A stretch of 64,000 bases of DNA from assembly GCF_006345805.1 (NCBI RefSeq), contig NC_043008.1, forward strand, positions 77,748,001 through 77,812,000. Reading direction: 5' to 3'. This document shows, one piece after another, positions 25,095 through 37,228 of this stretch. Source of the DNA: Octopus sinensis. Lineage: Eukaryota. The notes under the pieces were generated by a model that was not told the origin of the DNA, made no database searches, and was given only the letters and a program-made list of their open reading frames with translations. How positions within the stretch are numbered: position 1 is the stretch's first letter; each line of letters opens with the position of its first letter. The position numbers were made by a program, and so were the translations under genes.

Positions 25095-25369
25095 AGTTGC
25101 AGCATGAAATATATTTATAAGTCATTTAAAAACACACAAAATCCGTTGGATTCACTTCAACATTTAAATCTAATTTGCCAAAATATTTTCGTCACTTCGA
25201 AACAACGACCTCATCACTGACAAAATGACAAAATTGTGTGCTGTCAGTGATTAGGTCGCGGCCTCAAAGTGACGAAAATATTTTGGCAAACTAAATTTAA
25301 TTGTTGAAGTGAATCTAACGGTTTTGGGGTGTTTTTAAATGGCTTATAAATACCTTCCACGCTGCAATT
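25095..25369. repeat. 275-bp foldback element (arms ~128 bp, spacer ~19 bp)
   Basis: GGATTCACTTCAAC..TTTGCCAAAATATTTTCGTCACTT..GACCTCATCACTGACA mirrored by TGTCAGTGATTAGGTC..AAGTGACGAAAATATTTTGGCAAA..GTTGAAGTGAATC. Confidence 0.85.
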
Positions 25370-26514
25370 GCTTTTGTTTCAGTACACGATATCAGATCAG
25401 GTCACTTGCTATGAAAGTACATCTCTGTAATATATATATATATATGTATGTATTTATGTATATGGTAATCTTTCTATGTGTCTAAAATGACATCGTTTTA
25501 TATAATACATATGTGTGTTTGTACTTGGGTGCGTGGGGATGTGGGTTTTTTAGTATATATAATCCCACCCAGTAAGTCTCTGGAATATATCTCTTAAACT
25601 ACATTTAAATATTGAAGTCATTACTATTATAATGTCACATACATTTTCCCTAATTAGTGAACAAAGATTTCATTTGAACTTCTTTCTAAAAGTCCCATTG
25701 GTTTCTTAGCGTGAGAGGGTTTTTATTTTCTGAGTCCTGTTTAGAAAGGAGCTCATAAAACTACAGCTTTCTCATTAACACTTGCTTTTACTCATACACA
25801 CAATTTCCTTATTGTTAAATACCTATGCAAATATATATATATATTTATTTATTTATTTATCTATTTATATATTAGATAATAAATCGTATGGTATACACCT
25901 GGTAGCTTACCGGTAAAGCACTTCACTTTTTGTTTATAAGAATAGGGAGGCGAGAGGTAAATTGGATTCATCCATACATTAAATTAAATTACGATTATTA
26001 ATTTGGTTAACGGCAACTCAAATTCATTACCACTGCATTTTGCGAAAGTAACAATTTGATTTGGTGTGTGAGCGTATGCGTGATCTAACTTAGTAATTCG
26101 TCTGCATCCTTTCAAGAAATATGTTGGCCTTTGAGGTATAAGCTCATAAAGCCCTCATGAGACTCTGCCTCATGTGGTTGAAAATGATGACCAATTTTTA
26201 GCATATGACCCTGCCCAAATGCTTAAAATTACTAATCAGCTTGGGGCATGAATCGAAACATACATGTAGGATTTTGGCATTTGCCATTTCTTTTAGAGCT
26301 TTATAATTTATAATTTATTTGTATTATTTTTATTAAAAACTTTCAACCTCATTATATCATGCAAATAAATTATTTATACATCCCTAATTCTCCATTTTCA
26401 TCCTTTCATTATTATCAACAATAAGTATTATTATAATAATCCCTAACATATATATCACCGAGATTTTCTCCTTATATGACAGTGATTAGCCAGTGAAATT
26501 TTTGGATTATTTAA

Positions 26515-26581
<67 letters not shown>

Positions 26582-26614
26582 CTCTCTCTCTCTCTCTCTC
26601 TACATATATATATA

Positions 26615-26770
26615 CACGACGGGCTCCTTTCAGTCTCCGTCTACCAAATCCACCCAAAAGGCTTTGGTCGGCCCGAGGCTATAGTAGTGAACATTTGCCC
26701 AAGGTGCAGCGCAAAATTGTAACCATGTTATTGGGAAGCAAGCTTCTTACTATATAACCACGCCTGCGCC
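26615..26770 (-). mobile_element. Second SINE family, 5' part
   Basis: Minus strand CTATAGCCTCGGGCCGACCAAAGCCTTT..GGATTTGGTAGACGGAGACTGAAAGGAGCCCGTCG matches 34095-34430. Confidence 0.75.
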
Positions 26771-28685
26771 AGAAACATATAAAATCTACAGAATGAGAAA
26801 TAGCGTAACCACTGATAAATACAAAGGCTCAAAATTACTTAGAATAGAAGCAAACAAATATTTTTATTGCAACCACTTGTATTTTCCTATATATGCAATT
26901 CTTTAGGAGTCTACATAGTATTTAGCATTATAATTCGCAAATGGAAATTTCTGCTAAATTATTGTCAAGTACTGAATGGTTGAAATGTGAAAATAAATAA
27001 AAATTAACGCACATTTAAGGAAATGAAATATTTAAAAGCAATTGTTCTCATATGTCGTTAACACGATTGCATATTAAGCGTGTTGACGTAATAGTTATTA
27101 TTGCGGTTGATCATTGCAGTTGTGTGATAAGTAAACAAATTCATCATCCCCCCCCCATTCATACACAAATGGGGATTAAGACAAGAATGTGGTTTATATC
27201 AATGGCACTGAGCCAAAATAAAAAGAACTGGAATAATTAAGATAAGATGGTATCTTACTTTGGTTAGGATTTTAGTGGTTGATTATAATCAGAAAAATTA
27301 GTATTACCCACTTTCTACGTCGTCCTCGTCTTAACATTATCATATTCATCATCATAATCATTATCGCTTTATGAGCACCATCGTCGTCTTTTCTACTTTG
27401 AGAGTGATTATGCCAAGATCCATTTCATACATATTTAACATTATGATGCAAGACACCAGTTTCAATGAAATTTTCAGAACAAGACAACTTCACCCCTCCC
27501 CTCGCTCCATTTAACTATGGAAAATAAGATATTGTAAATAATATGTAATACCCGGTTTACTCAGCGTTATTATTCATTCGAAATTGCGATCAGTCAGGAG
27601 AACAATTTGAAGCATTATTCTACCGAAGGTCTGATTGTCGCCTATTTTCCTAACAGGGGATTACTGGGTCATTTTTAGCTCTTTAATGTTGATGGGTTAA
27701 ACATTAAGATAAAGAGAGTCAATTTGTCAATTAAAGCCTCACGCTTTCACGAAACAGTCCATGGATACCATGGATACCATGACCACCAATGAATGCTGAC
27801 AGATCAATTATATCAATTCAGATAATATCAGATTTATTGTATTTACTCTCAAATTTTGATGTAAAACACTAAAAAAGAGCAAGAATGATCCCTCTGTCTT
27901 TTTCACTGTACTAGAACTATCTATGTTCGTATACCAACCATCGTTATATAAACTCATTCTTCAGACTCAGTTTGTTTCCTCCCGCTATTTCATCCTTACC
28001 TCAACCAATATACTCTCACGAGACATTTCAGTCAATTCTTCAACTGTGGAACTCCCCATAAAACTTCTTCGCTTATATTTTCCCACTAGCAATTATGCAA
28101 ATTGAACCCTAACCATATAAAATTTACTTAACTCTCGCTTACCTGCAACAGAAATAATGGGAGAATTAGACCAAAGCAATTACTATTTTCTCCTACGTAC
28201 TATTTGTGTAGTAACCAGTCTAGCGAGGGTTAACTGTGATCTTTCTAAGAGTAAAATCAAACTTGCCGGACAAACTCATTGCCACTTTTTTAACATCTAT
28301 GGACTCCGACCCCAAATAGTCCCGCACATTTCTCTGTGCTAACACATTAAGCACACACAAAATTTCTCTCCAACGCATAAATGTTACCATCCTTATCTCC
28401 AAGACCCAGTGTATTCTCTGTAGATTTTAACGCTCTCAAAACTCAAAAATCAGCAACAACATTTCGACCATATTTCTTCCTGAATCACGGACGTCTATCT
28501 CACCTTACTTCTCTCTAAGCTCTTTGTCATCAGTACTTTCTGTGTTCACAACAGCTTTTCTTGTCTCTTAAACTCATCCCATAATTATGCCACCAGAGCC
28601 GCTGAAACCAAATCACACACTCAAACACTATAGCTATATGTACGTACATGTATACTACATATATGCATACAAACCTGCACTTATA

Positions 28686-28742
<57 letters not shown>

Positions 28743-28876
28743 TGTGTGTGTGTGTATTCAAATTCCTTGCCACTTTCAGAGTGTGATGCTAATCCTCAGC
28801 CAATGGAAATTTGAATGAGTTGGAGGAATTCAGATATTATAACCAGTAAACGGGCTGCGATTGGTCAAGACGCTGA

Positions 28877-28935
<59 letters not shown>

Positions 28936-28963
28936 TATATATACATACATGTACACACACACA

Positions 28964-29851
28964 TACAGAAGGTGCGATGGGATGTCACCATTTTATATTT
29001 TCAAATTCGTGTATGTGCTTTGTATATAATTGATTTTGTCGACTACACAGTATAGTAGGGTCAAATGGGTAGCGTCTGTGAGAAAAGCATCATCATGAGA
29101 CAATTCTCTCTAATAGAAATTTGGAAACGACATGTTGTATTGCTTGGCATTTGTGTCGGAAGCTCCAATAAAAAGCACTGGAAACTCCAATCTGAAGCGC
29201 CGGAAGCTCCAATACGAAGCGCTGGAGGCTCCAATATGAATATGTACCGAGAGTGATAAAAATCAAACAACCATTCAACACTATTGTGCTTGGAGTGATC
29301 ACTGGTGATGGCGACGTTATACTTCCATTCATCTTCATCTTCTTACAGGGCCTCAGATTCAACAATGAGCGCTACATCAAGTTTCTGAAGGAGGTAGTGC
29401 TCCCCTGGATCAAGAGAGTGGCTGCAAGAGGACCCTGTGTCTGGTAACAAGACTCAGGACTCTGCACCAGGTGACACAAGCAAATCTCAGTCATGGCTGT
29501 CAGGCAATTTATGCGACCACATCACCCTAAACATCTGGCCACCTAACCCACCAGACTGCAACCTCTTGATTATTATGTGTGGGGCTCAGTGGAGCAAGAG
29601 ACCAACAAAACTCCTTGTAATAGATGAACTGAAAGAAAGGATTATGGCAGCATTCACCATCTTAAACAAGGAGACCGTCCAGCAGAGTTGCAGGAGATTC
29701 CGAACTTGTCTGGAGGCTGTGATTGTAGTCAATGGCGATTTTACCGCATAAATTTAGTCTTTAGTATTTCAAGATATTTCTGTTAAAATGAGATGTCAGT
29801 AATATTTTTATTTTTGTGTAATTTAGACAACAGTTTACTCATCGCATCCTA
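28964..29851 (+). mobile_element. Internally deleted Tc1/mariner-superfamily (DD37D/maT-like) transposon
   Basis: Transposase C-terminal half: IVLGVITGDGDV.LPF..YIKFLKEVVLPWIKRVAA..W.QDS..SQSWLSGN..IWPPNPPDCN..DELKERIMAAF. Degenerate TIRs TACAGAAGGTGCGATGG / CTCATCGCATCCTA. Confidence 0.85.
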
Positions 29852-29875
29852 TGTGTGTGTGTGTGCGCGCGCGCC

Positions 29876-29926
<51 letters not shown>

Positions 29927-30344
29927 CAAATGAAAGACAGAAGATTGAATATAAGTGAATTTATTATTAATCACGACAATTGTTTCGACGCATCTAGCAT
30001 CGATTCCTCCTGGGTGGGACACTTAACAACTGGTTCAGGAGCACCCGGTGGTGCAGATGTATTTCATCGATTGATAAATAAATATATACCACTCGCTACA
30101 ATGACTGTTCCACAGTGTAACTTTCCACAATGTAAGAAAAAACAGTCAGACGGAGGAAATATCTTCATTTATATAGAAGATCAAAACTAAAATTGCAGCT
30201 GACAAAAAGAGAAACGAACATGTAATCCAGCGAGAAAAGTATTGAAAATAACCGTTATATACGTTCATATATCCGTTGGCTAAATATTCATTGGCTAAAC
30301 TGGCAACATGGCCATCCCCAAATACAACAATATAAATATATTTA

Positions 30345-30520
30345 TCGACGGCTAGCCACTAAAGCTTTTTTTTCTCTTTCTGTTTATTTTCTCGTGTTCC
30401 TTTCTGTAGAAGAGCGTAGGCTCGAAACGGAAAAGACTTTCTCACCTTCCCGAGCGTTAAACTTGTTTGTTGTTTATACACCTGTATTCGTCTTTTGTCT
30501 TTTTTTTTTCTAAATTCCAA
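30345..30520 (+). repeat. Interspersed repeat, with an inverted copy at 30955-31130
   Basis: GGCTAGCCACT..GTGTTCCTTTCTGTAGAAGAGCGTAGGCTCGAAACG..AAAGACTTT..TTCGTCTTTT and its reverse complement about 450 bp downstream. Confidence 0.7.
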
Positions 30521-30538
30521 CTATATATATATGTGTGT

Positions 30539-30573
<35 letters not shown>

Positions 30574-30574
30574 A

Positions 30575-30793
30575 TACGAGGAGGTGCTAGAAAGACTCTG
30601 GCTTTGAATAAAAAAATAGAGGAGGATCAGTAGATTGTTATTTTATTTAACATATTCTCCTTTGAGATTCACACACTATTTGCACCCGTCCTTCAGTTTT
30701 TAAGCATTATAAAAGAACTTGGAAGGTTGAACCTCCAACCAGGCCTTTCACGATATTCTTAGAGCCAGGAAGTTTTCAGCCCCACACCCCCAT
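30575..30793. mobile_element. Mariner-derived MITE
   Basis: Left end TACGAGGAGGTGCTAGAAAGACTCTGGCT and right end AGCCAGGAAGTTTTCAGCCCC are degenerate inverted copies of a mariner-type TIR. Confidence 0.65.
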
Positions 30794-30914
30794 ATGTATG
30801 TATATATATATATATACATATATATATAAGTATGCATGTATGTATGTATGTATATATATATGCATGTATGTATATGTATATATATATATGTATGTATGTA
30901 TATATATATATATA

Positions 30915-30954
<40 letters not shown>

Positions 30955-32089
30955 AGTCACAAAAAAGACGAAGATACGTAGTGTAGATGTTTTAGTCTAA
31001 CGCGCGGGAAGTGAAAAAGTCTTTAACGTTTCAAGCCTACGCTCTTCCACAGAAAGGAACACAAAAAGAAAGAGGGAGAGAAAATAAAGAATGTGTAGTG
31101 GCTAGCGATCTATCATGGCGAATTCCGGACAGACGGGTCACATAAGAGTGCTAGGAAGAAGGGGAGATAATAAAGTAGTGGTGATCCCAAAACGAAGGTT
31201 CGCGTGCATGTTTATAAGAGAGCATGTATGTGCGTGTGAATATATATGTATACACAAGCACAGATAAATATATATGTATGTACGCATGTATATAAATATA
31301 TGCACGTACGCATACCTAGTCATCTTATAATGCGATCACTGACACGCACATATTCGCCTGTTCATACATGTGTTCTTATGTTTGTGTGTATGTGTTTTTG
31401 TGTGTGTGCGTGCATAAAGCCACTGGAAGTGCAAAAGTCGCTCTACATTTACATCGTTACTGTAGCGAAAGGAATGAAATACAAATAAGAATTTATTGAA
31501 AATAAGTCACCCCTTGTTTATTTTGACTTTATTTATTAGTCATGTGTTGCGTGAAGTACAATGGGCTTTGTTTTTCTTTTTGTCTTTCTTTGTCAGTAAT
31601 ATAAAAAGCGATACACAAATTTTAGAAAAAAAGATATATATCATGAATATTGTAAAGTAGTTTATTGCTGATTTCACGGTAGATAACCGAGGATTTAATG
31701 TCTAGAATTGACATAAAACGTTGCGCTTCATTAGTTTCAGACAAGAGACTAGCATTGAAGACGCCATAACAAAGAATATCTCAAATCTTTTGGCATTTGA
31801 CATGATTGCCCCAAAACACAGATAATTATCCTTCTCCTCACTTCCTTTTTGTGGTGGACATAAACACTTGATTTATGATAAACTATGTGAAAATCAGAGT
31901 ATTTAGTTCAAATATGCTGCCCTCCACAAAATATGAGCCTTACAAGGATCATAATCTTGGGTTACCTCCTAAACTTAGAATAGCTTGCTTTCAAACAGGA
32001 GGCCAAGCAAATGTTATTCAATGTAAAGAAAATTCATCTAGCGATCCTTGAAAAGTATTATTGTGATTTGGCAGAATCATTAGAGTGTA

Positions 32090-32510
32090 GGACAAAATGC
32101 CTTGTTGTATTTCATTACGGCTCTTTAGGTTCGGAATTCAAATCCGCTGACGTCAATTCTGCCTTTCATTCCTCGATAAAATACCAGCTGATCACAGGGA
32201 CCGATGTAATTGATTTACCTCTTACCCAGAAATTTCTGACCGTGTTCCAAACTTTGAAATCATTGTTGTTATTGTTGTTGCTGTTGTTGTTGCTGTTGTT
32301 AAGGTGGCGATCTGGCAGAATAGCTTGCACTCTCGACAAAATGCTTAGTGGCATTTCGCATGTCTTTACGATCTGGGTTCAAATACGACTTTGCGTTTCA
32401 TCCTTTCAGGGTCGATAAAATAAGTACCTGTTGAGCATTGCGAGTCGATGTAGTCGACTTACCTACTCTCAAGAACATAATGGCCTTGTGCCAAAATTTG
32501 AAACCGTTAT
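32090..32510 (+). mobile_element. Two adjacent degraded SINE copies (about 32090-32260 and 32301-32510)
   Basis: Both contain GTTCAAAT or ATTCAAAT, TTTCAT..CGATAAAATA and CCAAA(A/C)TTTGAAA, shared with the 16454 copy. Confidence 0.7.
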
Positions 32511-32529
32511 CAATATTGTCGTTGTTGTT

Positions 32530-33342
32530 ATTGTACAATTCACTTATCAGAGATTTCGGTTTCACTTATTCCGGCTAATTCTGTAACAGCGGACAACAAT
32601 TTGTCGAGGGTCTCACAGGGTCTTCTTCCTCGCTACTCAACATCCATGTACCAGTCTCAAAATCACCACAGTCGCCAATTAAGCTGTTTTCTGAGCATGT
32701 TCTGCCCTTGCGACATTCCTAATCTCTTTAACAAATTTCTCTAACCTGGCTGTTAATACCCCCTGATGCTTCTACAACTATTAAGATGACATTTATTTTC
32801 TACATTGCCCACATTTGTGCAATCTCATCTTTTAGTAGCTTATACTTCTCAATCTTTTCTACTTCATTATCATCTACTGTCATGGCAATACCTATGATTT
32901 TGGTTTCCTTCATCATTTTATCAATAATTACAAGAACGCTTAGTCTCCGAACATCAATCACCGAATAAAACTGGACTGTAAAATCCCAATTTTAAAATAA
33001 CACAGGACTCTCGTTATTCTTAGTGATATCTAGTTTCTTACAGTTTCTTAATATCGAATTTCTTACAGCAACAACTAAAAGTTCAATCTGTTGTTTGACG
33101 TAGCATGCAACAGTGTTTACCTCAGTAACAGCGCAAACCTTGCACGTTATGAGCCCTCTTCCTCCCTTGTTTCTAGACACATACAATATATCGACATCGC
33201 TTTTATGATATAGTTCTTTGTTCATTGTCATCACTTCCTTGTCTTTCTATCCATTTCCTCAAGCGCCATATTCCATTTAAGAGACAGACCATGTATTGAT
33301 TGCCCTGATTTTGTTCTTTCCATTCAGTATAATCTTCATATA

Positions 33343-33373
<31 letters not shown>

Positions 33374-33436
33374 TATTATTATTATTATTATTGTTGTTGT
33401 TGTTGTTGTTCTTCTTCTTCTTATTATTATTATTAT

Positions 33437-33499
<63 letters not shown>

Positions 33500-33930
33500 T
33501 ACTATTATGATATACTCTTTAGGCACATTGTCCAGAAGAATAATGGTTGTCTTCCTTCAATATCATGATTTGTCTATACGGTAAAGTCACATAAGACCTT
33601 GCTTAAACTTATCATTATCTATCGCACTCTCTGACTGGTGTCGATGCCATTGTCTGCTTACTTGAAAGCTCCGTTGACGCAATATGTCCTATTATAATGG
33701 TTTGGCTACACAATCGTGCCTATGTTCACATTCTTTCTGCACTGCAGAATTACAAGTATTATGTCCATAACGGGCTCATCTTTCTCGTAATACATTCTTC
33801 TACACTTAGCACTTGGTTCTGACTATTATTGTTTTAATGACATTCGTTCATAATGACTGACTTTGGATAGTCACAATGAATCCTTCTGTTTCTTTCTTAA
33901 GTTCTCTATTATTCAGTCATAATCAAACAT
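32530..33930 (-). mobile_element. Fragments of an R4-like LINE with restriction-like endonuclease
   Basis: GKNKIRAINTW..EEMDRKTRK..LYHKSDVDILYVSRNKGGRGL (RT thumb), then IIDK..KII.IAM..EKIEKYKLLKDEI..MW (RLE). A separate CCHC-to-KVLCDF piece lies at 33530-33930. Confidence 0.75.
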
Positions 33931-34094
33931 CATCTGTTGCAATGTCCTGCGTTTCTACGAAATGCTAATGCAGCTCTTTTTCAAAGATGTTTGTTTCTCA
34001 CTCTTGTTTTCTTCTTTTCTTCTATTTTTTTGCGGCCTCCGCAGTTTTCTTCTCTTGCAGCTAAAATCAGATTTTTTGTAATATTTATTGCAGT

Positions 34095-34430
34095 CCCGCT
34101 GCATAGCACATTGGGCGAGTTGACTTCTACTATAGCCTCGGGCCGACCAAAGCTTTGTGAGTGGATTTGGTAGACGGAAACTGAAAGAAGCCCGTCGTGT
34201 ATATATACGTTTGTATGTCGTTTGTATGTCTGTGTTTATCCCCCAACATCGCTTGACAACCGATGCTGGTGTGTTTACGTCTCCGTAACTTAGCGGTTCG
34301 GCAAAAGGGAACTGTTTGAATAACTACTAGGCTTACAAAGAATCAGTCCTGGGGTCGATTTCCTCGACTAAAAGCGGTGCAGCAGTATGGTCGCAGTCAA
34401 ATGACTGAAACAAGTAAAAAAATAAAAGAA
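34095..34430 (+). mobile_element. Second SINE family, 5'-truncated copy
   Basis: TATAGCCTCGGGCCGACCAAAGC..GGATTTGGTAGACGGAAACTGAAAGAAGCCCGTCG..GACAACCGATGCTGGTGTGTTTACG..CAAATGACTGAAACAAGTAAAA. Confidence 0.8.
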
Positions 34431-34949
34431 TACTCTTCTATATAACTTTCTGGCAATTCCATTCAGTTCTATCGATAAAAGTTCTCTCCCTCCTTCGTCT
34501 CTACGATGTAATGACCCAGTTCATCTGTAGTACGCAATGACCTTTACATAGTTTATCTCTTTCTGGTTAGACGGTCTATGTTGTTCTTCAGTTTAGGACA
34601 ATTCAATTTTTTTTGATCTTCAGTTTTTTAACATTTTAAATTTTAGCTTTTTAATTTCTAATTTTCAATTTTTTAATCATCCACCTTTTATCTGATGCTT
34701 TTCTTTAGTTTTTGAATTACTTAATAATATTCACATTTACTAATTATTTTAAATCCTATTTATAATTTTAAAAACAAATTATTCTCAATTCTAACTTCGA
34801 TTTCAATTCTATTTACCTTTCACTTCATAATATTGGAATTATTCAATACCCAATTACTTTGAATCTAAACTTTTAAATTTTTAATTTTTAATTTCCAGTT
34901 GTTAATTTTAATATCAAACTTTATTTCCTTTTCAAACAAGGACAGAGGT

Positions 34950-35272
34950 TCACATTTAAAACTAGTTTCACTTGTGCCTCTGAGAACTTAATTTATATAA
35001 TAACCTGCTCGGGTGGCGGACACCACTATATTGGACAAGCGAGTATGACCTTGAGAAAAAGAATCACTCTACATAAAGAGCAAATCCGTTTTCCACAATA
35101 CAGGCAAATTCCTCTTAGTGAACATATAGAAAAATGTGCAGATAACATCAAACCGAATTTCACAGTCTTCCCCTTCTACCAGTGCAAGGATACAATCTCT
35201 CCACTAGAACGTTTAAATAAAGAAACGTTTTTCATTGAAAAATACAGAACACGTTTTAATATGCACGCATAA
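34950..35272 (+). mobile_element. PLE GIY-YIG endonuclease C-terminal remnant
   Basis: FTCASENLIYIITCSGGGHHYIGQASMTLRKRITLHKEQI..LSEHIEKC..FPFYQ..RLNKETFFIEKY. Confidence 0.8.
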
Positions 35273-35656
35273 CCAGTTTTGTACATATTTCAATTCACGA
35301 TTACATCTCTGTACATAAATCCCCTCACCAAACAAGGTTTTCGAAGCTTGTCTTTGTACATATATATTCCCCTCCCATTACCGAAAGATGAACAGTTATC
35401 TCCCTTATCCACAACAATAACAATAACAACGATAACCAATTACCTCCCTTTTATTTATCTACTTCTTAAGTCATTCACTCGTGAATTTCATCACACACAA
35501 CATGGACAAAACTTTCCTCTTAAGAAAAATACATATTCAAATAAGTAAAACATAATATCATGAATATCGATGGCAAAACCGGTTGATATATTAAAAATTA
35601 TATTAAAACTATGTGAGTGTGCGTATCTTCCTTTTTAGCTTCTTTTATATATATAT

Positions 35657-35700
<44 letters not shown>

Positions 35701-35739
35701 TTGATATCACATACTTAATGCATACGCTTTGTTTAAAAG

Positions 35740-36010
35740 CTTTTAGGGTGCGGTATTTCGTCGAAGGCAGAGTCCCTTTAAAACGTTGAGTATTAAAAAA
35801 AAACTCTGTATGCCTCAAAACCAAGTGAAATGAATCGCTCTGTAGGTGAACAAGAACGGTTATTTCGCTTTTATTTCTGCTCATCGAAACATGTATAATC
35901 GAGTATACGGTAATGATATTATGGAGGAACATAATATTAAGTTACCAGGTGTTACGATATGGTGCGGGATATCATCAAAATGGTTAATTGGGACTATTTT
36001 TTAACGGTAT
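35740..36010 (+). mobile_element. Short Tc1/mariner transposase remnant
   Basis: LPGVTIWCGISSKWLIG..F motif, typical of the DDD/E domain segment after the first Asp. Confidence 0.5.
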
Positions 36011-37023
36011 TGAGATTGATCCAGTGCCTTGAACTTGTGACATTTTGTCATATCAAGCAAAAACATACAATCTTGCAGCGTGGGGCTTGAAGTCGATAGC
36101 GAAAGAGTGAACTGGGAGTAATCTAAAGAAATTATTATGGGTTATTCCTGAATACAGGGACCAGTGTGTGTAAACAGTAATGAATGAAGCTAGTACTAAA
36201 ATAAGACAGTATGTCTAGAAAAAGAATATTACATAGGGCAAATTAATTTCCTCTTCAGGGGCATTGCCAAATTTGAGCACTTTAATCGCCTTAAAGGCCT
36301 GTGATGTTAACTTCACTCCTAGATACACCTCGTATCCGCCCGAAGATTTTATTGCGACTGGATTTAAATCAACAAAGTATTCTCGCCTCTTTCGAAGAAC
36401 TCGACCCGAGTTCTTAGTAGATTTGGAAGAGAGTTTCCTGTTACAAAGTCAGCAGGTCTGCCAGACCAAAGACCTCTTATGATTTAGCTTTGGACGATTT
36501 TACTTGGTATGACAAAATGTCATGCCAAGTGTGTATGATTTTAATATATTGAGTCATCTGGCTCAATCTCGAGGCTCTACTCTTTCATGTTCCCTGTTCC
36601 CTTCGTTTATTTTATTTCACGCATTTGTATTCACTGTGATGAAGCTCCATGCACTTCATCGAATGTGCTATGAAGATGAAGAATAATATTTTCGGAATTT
36701 CTTTCATAAACACCGACTAACATTGGAAGCAGAAACAGCCGTAAGAAATGGTATGTCATGCTTTGTATTAAAAAAATAATCAACCGATGTTGGTCAATTT
36801 GTTTGTTTGTTGACCAGAAGTTTTCTCCATTTCCTGATTATTTAAATTTGATCCCTGATAAACTTTTGTTTATTCTGTTGTTACCTGCACCCTATGAGCA
36901 TAATGTACCTGCATAACCATGCCCAGGGATAGCATAGGTAATTGATACCGAAAGTAAGAACGGATACTATTATCCCTAAGACGGTTATTACAACCGCTAA
37001 CTATACTTACCCTATATATATAT

Positions 37024-37076
<53 letters not shown>

Positions 37077-37228
37077 GTGTGTATGTGTGTGTGTGTGGTG
37101 TGTGTGTGTGTGTGTGTGTGTGTAGGGAGAGAGAGAGAAAGAGATAGATAGATGATAGATAGATAGACAGATAGATAAATAATACATACATAGGTAAATA
37201 GATAGACAGACAGACAGACAGATAGATA

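Noticed and set aside
27880-28620. Possible old LINE endonuclease remnant (also 42100-42450, 15400-15850 and 51700-52650)
   Set aside because: Composition suggests decayed coding sequence but no diagnostic motif could be read.
30400-30435. AGAAGAGCGTAGGCTCGAAAC as a hammerhead
   Set aside because: The CUGAnGA core is absent and the stem II register does not fit. At most a decayed PLE motif. Likewise GATGCTAGATGCGTCGAAACAATTGTC on the minus strand near 29975-30005 lacks the core.
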